Shown: positions 12,815 to 26,200 of the stretch, piece by piece | Layout: each line of letters starts with the position of its first letter | How positions within the stretch are numbered: position 1 is the stretch's first letter | From: Haliotis rufescens | Taxonomy: Eukaryota | Direction: 5' to 3' | Assembly (NCBI RefSeq): GCF_023055435.1 | Contig: NW_025963846.1 | Span: 8,742,001 to 8,806,000, forward strand | Length of the DNA stretch: 64,000 nucleotides | The notes under the pieces: generated by a model | Seen by the model: only the letters and a program-made list of their open reading frames with translations | Database searches by the model: none | Told to the model about the DNA's origin: nothing | Made by a program: the position numbers and the translations under genes

Positions 12815-13168
12815 TCATCATCATCACCATCTATACACGTTACAAAACAACAACGAATATCACAGACTAACAATATAAAACAACGTTCGATCTAGCGAGG
12901 ACCACAGTTCATATATACACAAACACTCATTGAGCATAAGAATATTGTAACACATATATGTTTATATACACAACAATTCAGCAATAAATAATAAGCTGTG
13001 CCAATTGCTTCATCACCCGAGTACCCAAAATGGTTAGTATTGAGTCGGACATCATCGACCCTTCTCGTAATCTGACACATGCGGGTTCATTCGGCTTCTG
13101 CGGTTATCATCACCTAATTGAGGTACAGCGAATTCGGAACATACAGACTGCGAGCGTGTATCTCGGAT

Positions 13169-13399
13169 CTACATTGCCGGGCAAAAGAAAGTATACACCC
13201 ATGTTTCATGGCGGTTAAAATGAAACAAATCAGAAATGGTTCGATAGTGATGTACTTGATACGTTATCATACCCGCGTTTTGAACCTTAAGTTTTCCGTG
13301 TTTCAGCGACTGTTTTCAGCCTTTTATGTTTTGATAACGTTTGTAAAAAATTAGACAAATCCAATTTTTTAGTGTATACTTTTTTTTGGCCTGCCAGTT
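13169..13399. mobile_element. Tc1/mariner-type MITE (about 230 bp), family E
   Basis: TIR (ta)cactgccgggcaaaagaaagtatacac; 5 copies in the window. Confidence 0.8.
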
Positions 13400-14160
13400 C
13401 ATTTTAAATTTATAGAAACATGGACTTGCTGGACACATGGGCTCAGGTATGTGTACAATGAATGACTTGAAGCAGTAATTATTTTTTCGTTGTGTTATTT
13501 GTGAAACATTTTTTAATTGTTTTCTGCAAACTTAACCTTGGAACACATGGAGAAAACATGCCCTAAAAATCAGGAACTGAGCACTGCCATCTATTCAAAG
13601 AGGCACAACAAACATCGGCAACTAAACAGACACTGTGCGTTTGATATAAGTTATTTTGTGTATTATTGATTGAGGAGGCAAACGTACCACTCCTACTCTA
13701 CCTCTCCATCATCAGCAATCAAGCAGGGTCAGCTGGCTGGTGGTAAACCTCACATGCGTCGTTCCCTACCAAGTCTACACGTGTTCCGTGGTGTTGTGTA
13801 AAGCATCATACCATCTGACATTACGGAGAGGTGCTCAAGGCTACAAAACTACAGCGAACGAGAAAATAATACACGCTTCAAAAACTGTAATGAAAAATGC
13901 CACTGGCTCCAAGAAATGACACAGGCCTGAAGGTGGTTGGCAACCATCTAGAATACAATATATTATTGGAAATAACATCGATAATTTATACTTGCGCCAG
14001 TACAAGTCTAAACTTGTCTTCATCAATATTTGTTGACTATTAACGCCCAGGTTTGATGGGTAGATTCACCTACAACGGGATACTACGACAGAATATCATA
14101 CTCATCAATGGTAGGTTGACCTTGAACCTGCGATTCCCCTTGTACCTGCGAACAACTGCG

Positions 14161-14604
14161 GGTAGATTCACCTTGAACCAGCGAACTACGCCGAGTAGAT
14201 TCACCTTGAACCAGCGAACTACGCCGAGTAGATTCACCTTGAAACAGCGAACTACGCCGGGTAGATTCACCTTGAACCAGCGAGCTACGCCAGGTAGATT
14301 CACCTTGAACCAGCGAACTACACCGAGTAGATTCACCTTGAACCAGCGAGCTTCGCCAGGTAGATTCACCTTGAAACTGCGAACTACGCCGAGTAGATTC
14401 ACCTTGAACCAGCGAGCTACGACGGATAGATTCACCTTGAAACAGCGAACTACGCCGGATAGATTCACCTTGAACCAGCGAACTACACCGAGTAGATTCA
14501 CCTTGAACCAGCGAGCTACGCCAGGTACATTCACCTTGAAACAGCGAACTACGCCGAGTAGATTCACCTTGAAACAGCGAGCTACGCCGGGTAGATTCAC
14601 CTTG
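14161..14604. repeat. 33-bp minisatellite (about 13 copies)
   Basis: gtagattcaccttgaaccagcgaactacgccga; accounts for ORFs 14053-14634 and 14070-14600. Confidence 0.95.
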
Positions 14605-16285
14605 TTACGTACCTGCGAAGTACGACAGGTATAGCATACGTAGAAACCAAAAATAAGAAAAAAAGTTACTTGAGGTTTAATGTCGGATTGACCATCTGAT
14701 GAAACAAGTCCGCTAACATGACGACGTCATCAAACAAAGTGTGTTTTCCCAGCAGGTACTGTTCCCCACACAACTGGCCCCTGATGTCTGGCAAGCTCGA
14801 CTGTGTCCTTTTATAACCAGACAACAGACTAGCAATTACACCCATAAACAATATATCACAGTCACATCTGCTGTAGCCGACTCGCTGTCGGAACGCTAGA
14901 AACATTATTATTATTAACAACATTACTGCCACGAGACAGAAAGTCGAACATTCAGTTCTTAATGTCAAGTGTATTAAAGCGTAATATCTTTACCAGAAGA
15001 GTGATCAATCTGGAAATCTTATAAAAAGTGGTTGTCATATTTTCACGGTTTCACAATATTAAGTTTCTTTTAGATTTAATAGATTTTTACATTATAAGTA
15101 AGAAAAATCTTTAAGTGATTAGGTGTAGGTTTTTGTCTAAATATTACTGACAAATATGTCACTGTCCAGAAAGCATAAACTATAAGTAAAGGTTTAACAA
15201 GTGAAACTGTTTCACGTATTGCCGTGGTTTCAAACAACAGAAAGGTCAATAACAACATTGTACATAATTACAGTCATAAACAATATACACAAACATATAC
15301 ATATCACAACGATTTAGTCGTCGTTATCACGTGACAGAAGCTACATAATACTGGCGATGATTACATGGGGAGAGGTTAGGGTAGTGGGAGGGGGTGGGGT
15401 GTGTGTGTGTGTGGGGGGGGGGGGAGTAATGGGCGGGGACAGCGAAGTTGAGGGAGGCGTTCATGATTGGTTGGTGTGGTGGGAGAGGGGGAGGGGATGC
15501 GTACATAATAGTTGATGTGAGTGGGGTTGGGGCTAGGGGCTGCGTTCGTGATGGTTGATGTGAAGAGAGAGGGGTGAGTGTGGGTGCTGAGATGACAGTG
15601 GGAGGGAGCGGGGTGGGGGTGGGGGGTGCGTTTATGGTGTTTGATATGACTGCACTTGTAGCGGTGATGGCTAGTAGTTTAGTTATATCTGGCTCGTATC
15701 ACGTGTCCCAAAAAATACTGGATGCAACCATTCCATAGCTGCTTCTAAACTGGGCAGGCTAAATTGTTCCAGAGTAGCGGGGTTTCAAGTCAACAACGAG
15801 GTTTACTTATGTATGGAAACTACCATTCTGAGGTGTTAATTTGAAATAATTTTCGGCTTCAAATCGTAATAACAGTTAAATAAAGTAATGCAGTACTGCC
15901 ACACAAGTCCCGCCCATTATATTGTCAACTAATCAGGAAACAGTGATAAACTAGTGGGTGTGGCATATAAGCAACGCAAGCCAATCAAATGTCACGGAAT
16001 CACTTGCAACTTGTTTGTTCTCAACCGACATAAAATAACCGGAACAGTTCATGTACATGTAGGTATCGGGTGTGGACAGTTAGTGAACCATATCGCAAGG
16101 GGTCAGACAAATGGGAGGAGAGGGATGAGGGACAGGCTAGGTTGTAGGTAGGGGGTAAAAATCACTTGATTTGATGAAGGGCGGTTAACCCATGCGCTGC
16201 TCATCTTCACTGACAAAACATTTGTAAGTGTTGCACAAACTGAATTAACAAAACTCGGTCAGTTGGAAAATGCTAAACATCCTAA

Positions 16286-16572
16286 GGGACCGACTATTTC
16301 ATATTCTGGGGGTGGTATGGGGGTGGGTCTGTAATCTTATCGAAAAAAAACCCCAAATTGTCACGGAACAGAAATGAAATAATGCTACAGACTAATAAAA
16401 AATGTCTGTCACAAAATATACATTGTTGCAAGGTGGGTTTTTATGAATAATAATTAGGTTCATAGTTTCATAGGTTTAATTAAATAAAGATCTGATTACT
16501 ACCCAGTCTCCAAACAGTCTCCAAACAGTCTCCAACCCCACCCCACCCCACACAACATCAAATAGTCGGTCC
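16286..16572. mobile_element. PIF/Harbinger-like MITE just downstream of the MFSD4A stop codon
   Basis: TIR taagggaccgactattt / aaatagtcggtcctta; G-rich left and C-rich right subtermini; TAA/TTA flanks. Confidence 0.55.
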
Positions 16573-16860
16573 TTAACAACCTTTAATAATTCTTGTCTAA
16601 CATTAAGTAACACATATAAATTTGAAACTTCAAAAGACATAACATGTCATCTTCATATAAAATAAAAAGTGTTTCCTTTGAAAGATACCCCTTTTAAAAA
16701 GGATTTCAACGATTACGCAGTAATTCCTAGTGTGGAGTTTCATACGAAATATCACCACTCATTAACGTGCAGATATAATGAATATGTAGTATTGCAATAA
16801 AACATACATTCATTAACGCAACAATGAAATATAAAATAGATATTTGTCAGATTCGTTAAA

Positions 16861-17051
16861 CTAAGATTCATATGGTTGTTGGTGCTCAGTGTTGTTCGGT
16901 TGATGGGGCTCGATCGCGGCCATCTCCACGTTGCTGTCGCTCTCCGGCATGCGCGAGTAATACTTGACACTTGACGGGTCGATCAGAGTGCTCTCCCCTG
17001 CTGCAGCCACGGGGTTACTGCTTAACCAGACGAATGATCTCGGACTGGCTA
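16861..17051 (-). CDS. MFSD4A: MFSD4A-like terminal coding exon j (VASPRSFVWLSS...HQQPYES*)
   Basis: ttttcag| acceptor in phase 1, TAG stop at 16863-16861; hydrophilic cytoplasmic tail. Confidence 0.82.
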
Positions 17052-20000
17052 CTGAAAACATGTGATTAAATCAAACATACAAACTAAGAAGTTGTTATTA
17101 TACATATACAGAGTGCATTTAATTAAAATGTTTTTAAGTGTTCACCTTGAAGAATCTACAACTGACTATACCTGAGGCCACATGCTATAACAACTACCTT
17201 CAACATATTTAGAGAATAATTTTATTTTAAATTACATAAATATGGGCCCAGGTTTTTTTTTAGTACAGAGCTTTTGAAGAGACGCATTGACCTTGGACCT
17301 TACAACTCACCTTTGTATTTGGCCTTCTGTAGCTATTGTACAGAACCCAGTACATTATGACCGACACTAGGAGTAGGGTACAGTACAGAGCGTCTACAAC
17401 TCACCTTGGTATTTGGCCACCTGCAGCTATTGTACAGAACCCAGTACATTATGACCGACACTAGGAGTAAGGTACAGTGCAGAGCGTCTACAACAGATCT
17501 TGGTATTTGGCCTTCTGTAGCTTTTGTACAGAACCCAGTACATTATGACCGACACTAGGAGTAAGGTACAGTACAGAGCGTCTACAACTCACCTTGGTAT
17601 TTGGCCTTCTGTAGCTATTGTAAAGAACCCAGTACATTATGACCGACACTAGGAGTAAGGTACAGTACAGAGCGTCTACAACTCACCTTGGTATTTGGCC
17701 ACCTGTAGCTATTGTACAGAACCCAGTACATTATGACCGACACTAGGAGTAAGGTACAGTACAGAGCGTCTACAACTCACCTTGGTATTTGGCCACCTGT
17801 AGCTATTGTACAGAACCCAGTACATTATGACCGACACTAGGAGTAAGGTACAGTGCAGAGCGTCTACAACTCACCTTGGTATTTGGCCTTCTGTAGCTAT
17901 TGTACAGAACCCAGTACATTATGACCGACACTAGGAGTAAGGTACAGTGCAGAGCGTCTACAACTCACCTTGGTATTTGGCCACCTGTAGCTATTGTACA
18001 GAACCCAGTACATTATGAGCAACACTAGGAGTAAGGTACAGTGCAGAGCGTCTACAACTCACCTTGGTATTTGGCCTTCTGTAGCTATTGTACAGAACCC
18101 AGTACATTATGACCGACACTAGGAGTAAGGTACAGTGCAGAGCGTCTACAACTCACCTTGGTATTTGGCCTTCTGTAGCTATTGTACAGAACCCAGTACA
18201 TTATGACCGACACTAGGAGTAAGGTACAGTGCAGAGCGTCTACAACTCACCTTGATATTTCCCCATCTGTTTCCCGGCCATGTAGAGCGCCCAGTACAAC
18301 AGGAGCGTCACAAGGACTATTGAAAAGCAGAAGGCCAGAAAACTCGTCGCTCCGAGAGACACCACCAGCTGAAAGTAAAAGCACAATGAATATCACATTG
18401 TCCAGTACGGGCACTTCAAGGGAGGTAAACACGGACCGGACCCACATACGTTACAATTGAGATCTGATGTGATGACATAAACGTTTATAGGTCTATACCA
18501 ATACACCAAAGACAGTAAAATATATTAATTAACACAGTCCAGGAAACTAAACTCCCAGTGGTATAAGGGTCTCCAAACAATGGCGACAATGCATAGCCCA
18601 CCCAGAAACTGTGTGCAGACTCCGAGTCCACCAGTCCCTGTTTCATCCTCTTTATGGCGAACGTCAGGCAGGGTAACAACAAGTACCATTTTTTAACGAC
18701 TTTTGGTATGACGCGCCGGGGATCGAACCGTGCAGAGGCTCTACGTGGAAATGAAATGATCACAGTCTACCTATGTGTGTCGAGGTACTCACGTTGCCGA
18801 CGATGATGGGACAGAGCGCCTCTCCAAGGGCAGCCATGACAACCAGGCACGTCGTGATGGATGCTGCAGAACAGAGGTGAAGGTCAAGTAATTCTTACAC
18901 TAAAATGTTCATATGAAGGAGATCATCAAGGCGGTCTCAAATCAAGGACGCCAGATCAGGACATGTTAACACATTACATAACCAAAAAACCAAGGCATGC
19001 TTTTGTTGTTTAATGCCGCACTCGCAATATTCCAGCTATATGACGGCGGTCTGAAAATAATTGAATCTGGACCAGACAATCCAGTGAAATCATGAGCATT
19101 ATATCCACGCACTTTGGTAACAATGACATGCATCAACCAAGTCAGCGAGCCTGACCACCCGATCCCGTTAGTCGCCGCTTACGACAAGCATAGTCGCCTC
19201 CTAAGACGAGCAAGGGTTGCTGAAGACCTATTCTACCCCGGATAGGTCAGATGTACCGTCTCTTGAATGTCTGTATGATATACTTTAACACTGAAGGCTT
19301 TCTGATGGGATGACATAAAGATAACCAACTTCACAAATGAAATAGCTTTGAGTTTAATTATTCATAATAGTATTGATATAGAAATATAGAAATATATTAA
19401 GTGAATTAAATATGTATGGTACCAGAGTTACGATAAGGACATTTTGTAATTACAAAACACTACTTTGAGACGACAGGTTTGGTTATCAGCAAAGGAGCAG
19501 GTTCATTGACAAATGATTAAAACATGACGCTGTTTGACGACACTCACAATTCATGTCAATGAACTGCTCCGTGAGGGACAGCGCCGACGGAGACATGCTG
19601 CTGACGAACAGGCCAACGAAAATCGTGCCGACGTAGATGGAGACGTGGTTGAATCTAAAGATGAGTGTGAACACAAGAGCGAGGCTGCAGCCGACCTGAA
19701 ACACAGGACCACCGTTAAGGAGAACCGGGTTCGGACCATTGGCAGGCGTAGCATATATGATTGAAGTCATTAAAACTGTCATTTGTGGGTCAAACATGAA
19801 CTGAAATTGTGCAGTGTTGGCAATACACTGCCGGGCAAAAGACAGTATACACTTGAAAATTGGATTTGTCCAACAGATTACAAATGTGATCAACACGTTG
19901 CTTGACTAGAAACAGTCACCGAAACACTGCAAATTTCAGGTCCAAGACACAACTAAGACACCTGTATCAAATACATGACCATCAATATAACATTTCTGGT

Positions 20001-23000
20001 TTCCAGCCACTTATAGCCAACATTAAACACGGGTGTATACTTCCTTCCGCCCTGTCGCCCCGTCGTTCACATCATAAGCATGTGTTTATGAATCACATAG
20101 TGATGGTAATAGGGGTTCTGGGAAATAGGGAAAAGAAAGCTGACCGTATACAGCCCCATCCGTGGCACCCGTTACAAACACATGCAAAGGCAAGTCAGTT
20201 GTTCAATGTGCAGAATGAAATACAGTCACTATTAACGTATAATACGGTAATAAAAGTCACTAATTGAAATGTTTAGATCTTGTATGGAAATTAAACATAG
20301 TCCCCTAAAATACTCTCGTAGACACTCACTCACCCCGAAAGCGATATTCGTTTAACACCGGAGACTGGAAACGTACGTCGCGAAGCTAAGTCGCGACGCA
20401 TCAACTTCAAAATCCAAAGTAATACTAAAGAACATGAAATGCCCATACCCACCGCTGATGATATGTTCTGTTGAGTGTAGAACTTAATCATCTGACCACT
20501 TGTTCTAAAGCGCCAATGACAATGAACCAAAAACTGATCATAAATGCTGCGAGTTTTGTCACCCCATTGAGTGGTGCTACTGTACGACGATGACTGGAAG
20601 CATTGTTGACAATCGTACAATGGCCTCTGCATTTCGCAGAAAACTTCTTATGACTATGGAAATGATTTACTTTTGTCGCTTTTGTTAACAGCAGCTTTAC
20701 ACTGATTTCTCTTTGTTTATTTGGGTTTAAAACATAGAGAGTAAAATAACCAAACCGTAAAACTCACCAATCACCAGTGATAAGTGTGAAAAATACACAT
20801 GGCACATGACTATTGAGAATACCAACGTCACGCCAGTGTCATTACAATGCGAGGAGGGACTGAAAAGTTCTGAGCCTAACTACGACGGATGTTGCGTACA
20901 CACTTAACTGTTTGCATTGCAAGAACAGTATCACCCATGCTTACTTTGCTGTATTGGAAGCAAATACACAACCTTGCAGCATATTTCTGCAGGCATCAAA
21001 GTGACTATTCCTTGTTAATGGACATGGACTAAACTGGACTAAACTGGCTACTGTGCTGTCATCGAGTATCTCCAACTGAAAGGGCTAACTCCAGCAGCCA
21101 TCTATGCCGACATGGTGTCGACTACTTCCTTTGTGACTGTTTAGAGGTGGGCAGTGGAATTCAAGAGGAGAAGAGAGAGCCTCGAAGATGATCCAATATC
21201 AGGAAGACCTTCAACTGACACCACTAAGGATAATGTTGATAAAATATACGCTATGAATATGGATGATGGACGATTCGCCACACGTCACACAGCCACTACG
21301 GTAGGCATCTCTCATGAGGGAGCTGAGCACATTCCGAGGAATGAAATGGTCATAACAAGGTTTCATCACGCTGGCTTTCGAGGCTTCTGAATCCTGATCA
21401 GAACCGCCCCTGGGATTCCAGTGTATCCCACTGATGGGTCCCCAAGAAGGCCAGACCATAAATGGCCAACATTACGCTAATCTGCTTAGATAACTGCGTT
21501 AGAATATCAAGGCTAGCCTTTGCGGAAAAGTCTCTTAAGGTATGTTTTTCTACCAGGATAATGCATCCGTGCACAAGTCAGTTGGCGCCGTGGCTGCAAT
21601 GCATTACTATGGCCTTCAGCTCATTGAACATTCTCTGTATTCACAAGAATTTGGGCACCGTTTGATTCCCACCCCTTCCAAAAATTGAAGAAAGAATTGT
21701 CTCAGACTGGCAAGCATTATGCAAATGATGATGACGTCATTTCTGCTTAGGACGTGCTTTTGCACCACCTGGAGGAAGCCTTCTATACCAGGCTCTTATG
21801 TTGAAAAATAATTAGTAGCAAACGCCATCAACACAGTCCTTTATAGTTAGGCTCAGAACATTCCAGCCACACCTCGGGCCGTGCTGGTAAATGTCCGTGT
21901 TACAATCCGTTATATATACAGTATATATCAGGGGATGAACATACGGTATTCCCTTCATGAGATGTACGCTGTGCCCTGACTGAGTCGTATAAGCAGCCCT
22001 TTATATTAGGATACATTCGCCAAGCCCTATATAGTAGGATACGTACGTTATGGCCTTTATATTTGAATACGTATGTTATGCCCTTTATATTAGGAAACGT
22101 ACGTTATGCCCTTTATACAAGGATACGTACGCTAAGTCATTTATATTAGAATACGTACGTTATGCCCTTTATATTGGCCTTTACATTGGGACACGTACGT
22201 CATGTCCTCTATATTAGGATACACGCGGCATGCCCTTTATACGAGGATACGTACGTCTTGACCTTTATATTGGGATACGTACGTTATGCCCTTTATATTA
22301 GGACACGTACGTCATGCCCTCTACAATAGGATACGTATGTTATGGCCTTTATATTAGGACACGTATGCCATGCCCTCTATATTGGGACACGTACGTCATG
22401 CCTTTTCTATTAGGACACGTACGTCATGCCCTCTATATTAGGACACGTACGTCATGCCCTCTATATAAGGAAACGTACGTCATGCCCTTTATATTAGGAC
22501 ACGTACGTCATACCCTCTATATTAGGATACGAACATTGTGCTCTTTATATTAGGATACGTACGTCATGCCCTTTATATTAGGACACGTACGTCATACCTT
22601 CTCTTTTGGGACACGAGCATACTGCCCTCTATTTTAAGATACATACGTTATTTGTGGATACGCACGTTAAGCCATTTAACGAGGATGAGTTAGATATGCC
22701 CATTCGATTGGTTTACGTACGTTATGTCCGCTTAACGAGGACACATGTGCTTTACGTGTCTTCTTTCTGCAGAGTAAACGTAACATATCACCATACCTAA
22801 TTTACATCATCATAAAGTCGTACTTTACAGCAGGAAGCAACCAGTTGTCTCATTCTGTATGCAGCAGTCGTATAGATCGTTCCCTTGCCAACACCATTAG
22901 CCTTATATATTTTATGGATTTTTTATTTCAGTAAAGCTTTTATGGCGCCCCAGATGTTCCAATGGACGCAAGAATACCATGTCCGGAAAGACAACAAATC

Positions 23001-23193
23001 ACAAGCTTCATATATACTGCGGCCTGCAACATGTGGCGGCATCGATCTCGGTGGGAAGACAATAGGTAGAGAGATAGCGGGCGTACTTACAATACTGAAC
23101 AGTAGCATGAAGCTGGGGGTCAACTTCGCAGCCGCCGGGACAGACAATAGTCGACCGAGTGCAAACATACCCTGCAAAATAAATGTTGGTGTG

Positions 23194-23240
<47 letters not shown>

Positions 23241-26200
23241 TCATCTGAAATACAACTAATTATTTATCTAATGCTGATCCAGAAATAGAATACCTGTTTG
23301 GACATTGTAAAATATATCTACAGTAGTAGTAGTAGTAGTAGTAGTAGTGACAGTAGTAGTAGTCGTAGAAGTCGTCGAAGTAGTAGNNNNNNNNNNNNNN
23401 NNNNNNNNNNNNNNNNNNNNNNNNNNNNNNNNNNNNNNNNNNNNNNNNNNNNNNNNNNNNNNNNNNNNNNNNNNNNNNNNNNNNNNNNNNNNNNNNNNNN
23501 NNNNNNNNNNNNNNNNNNNNNNNNNNNNNNNNNNNNNNNNNNNNNNNNNNNNNNNNNNNNNNNNNNNNNNNNNNNNTTTTTTCAGCATTAGGTGCAAATC
23601 CAGAATATCAAATGCTCGGCCCCTAACGATGTATAGTTTAAGGCTTCAGAGCCTAATTCATCAATGACCAGCCCAAATGTGGCTTCTGTGACGCAGGGTT
23701 CCCTGTATTGATGACTGGGACATACTCACCCAGAAGCAGGCATCTAGAATAGCACCTTCGAATTTCTGTAGAGACTTGACGCTGGCTTCGTGGGCGTAGG
23801 TGTAGATGTAGTTGGCGTACGTGGACTGAAGAGGAAGACAGAGAGAGTGAGTGAGTGAGTGATTGAACACCGCAGTATTCCAGTTATATCATGGCGTGTC
23901 AGCTTAATGTGGGTGGAAAGCCCGAAGTGATGCAGATCTCAGACAGTTACCACTTAAGTCAACAGTTACCACGGGTATAGTGCTAAAAGAGCCTAATCGG
24001 GGAGAACCGGATTCGAACCCACAATAATATATTTCTGGCGTGTCCAAGGGACGCAACTCCGCACAGCTAATTGCGGCGCCTATAATATAAGACAGCAGAC
24101 AGAGGTATGTAGGGGGAGGCTGATGGATGAAGAAAATGCACATCATCATGTTTGTGGATGAACAGTAGTCCACATCATTGTGGTAGAGTAACCCACTACC
24201 AACCAGACCAACACTGAGGTCACCTTATCCTCATTCAAATATAATAGGTAATATGAAATAGGTCCTGTTCAGACCAGAATGTAATGGGGAGGTGCTGGTT
24301 AAACATTGTTTGCACCAAACAAAACAAACAAAAGCACCAAAAACGTCAATGCTATATATTTTCAGCGTTGCAGTAGTAGTCGCTGACGTTGTTGAAGCCT
24401 GTCACTGTCTCATCCGCAAGCATTGGCGACACGACAGGGCAAGTGATGTTTGGCTTGGCAAACTTGCGTCCTATATGCGTGCCAGGATTTCAGATTATCC
24501 TTGGTTTATCAACACCATCCTGAGATCGTGGGTTTTCGCAAAAGTGGTAAACCGATATGGCATACGTGACGTTTTGCTTTTCTTCCGCATGAATCTGAAT
24601 CGCAGAAATATTTCTGTTTGATTTAATGTATAGAGTGATTTAAACTCCATCTAAACCACTCACCTGTAAACCATCAAAGAGGAAGACGGAGATGGAGGCG
24701 AGGAGCGTTATCAGAAACACATCTCGGGGACTACAGGCGCAACACTTCCTGACCCAGGCCATCCCACCTTCACTCGCAACTGCAATACAAGAACACCATG
24801 TTAGACCTACAGTAGGACAAACACACAGATCCACCTTCAGTCGCACCTGCAATACAAGAACACCATGTTAGATCTACAGTCACCATGTTAGACTTACAGT
24901 AGAACCAACACACAAATCCACCTTCAACGACACCTAAAATACAATAAGATCACGTTAGACCTACAGAAAGACCTACACACAAATCTACCTTCGGCGACAC
25001 CTACAATACAAGAAGACCATGTTAGACCTACGGAAAGACCTACACACAAATTCATCTAAGACCTACACACAAATCCACCTTCAACGACACCTACAATACA
25101 AGAAGACCATGTTAGACCTACAGAAAGACCTACACACAAATCCATCTAAGACCTACACACAAATCTACCTTCAGCGACACCTACAATACAAGAAGATCAG
25201 ACAAATCCACCTGCAGTACAAGATTACCTATCGTCTATCTTAAAAGAGACACGTTATAGGGATAGGCTCTCAGTGCTCATTTCTCCCTATCTAATCAAGC
25301 CGAGGTTGTTTACTCATTAGAGTGTTGAGTTAATTAGCTCTCAGGTGTTAATTGGTCACGGCTGACTGTCTGTGCATCTTGTCGATTGTTTTGTCAGAGT
25401 GTTTATTTAGCTATCTTTTGTTACAGCTGTTATACAAGTCTTTGAATGTCATTTAGAAGTGATACACATAAGGAAGAGAACTAATGGAGTATATGCTTAC
25501 TCCTTCATCTGGTGAATGAAGGATGGTGACGGAGTAAGAATATACCCCGAAACGTTGTGTTCCTCATAATAAAGAAGTTGACATCCATAAATGCACTTTC
25601 TTAGCTGTTATACAGTTGCTTAGCAAATCAGCTTGTATATATCGTCTAGTTGAATTAGTGATAATTGTCAGTGTTCACTGGGATCTTGATCCTTTAGATT
25701 GCCTATCTTTATTTAGAAGTAGCTGATGATAATAAACCTGTGCATTTTACAACGATACTATTATAACTTTCTTCTTACTGAATAACACCGTGGGCTCGGA
25801 AGCAGAACTTAGTGACAAGTATGTGTGAGAGTCAAACTGTCAGCCCACAAGATAGCTAGTGGAAGGTGACATCCGTTATTTGAAGGAACTCTTGTGATAT
25901 CCTTCCCGCTGCTACACAGAAGACAAAGTGTCATCTTGGAGGGGACGTATTTAACATGTTTCGTAGTTAGATAACGTGATTATGTCTCCAAAGTCATTCT
26001 CTGCTATCAGTTTCGGTTTTGTCAACAACATAATAAATGTCACTGCGGATGTATTGTAAACTTCTACAAACAATTCCAAAGGTCAGGATCGGTTGGGGTA
26101 CCTAGTGGTAATACCGTTCACTCATCACCCAAAAGTTCGATTTGCAAAATTGGTGGTGTGTGAAGCCAAGTCCTGGTGTCCCCCTCGTGATATTGCTGAA

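Noticed and set aside
14053-14634. 193/176-aa ORFs with 11-aa repeats on both strands
   Set aside because: A 33-bp minisatellite open on both strands by chance; no recognisable domain or exon context.
15360-15630. G-rich tract with G-quadruplex potential downstream of the gene
   Set aside because: Low-complexity sequence; it is unknown whether it lies in the 3' UTR, and there is no further evidence of function.
20850-21876. Active transposase or domesticated SETMAR-like gene
   Set aside because: Multiple stops and frameshifts plus an internal deletion; intronic fossil only.
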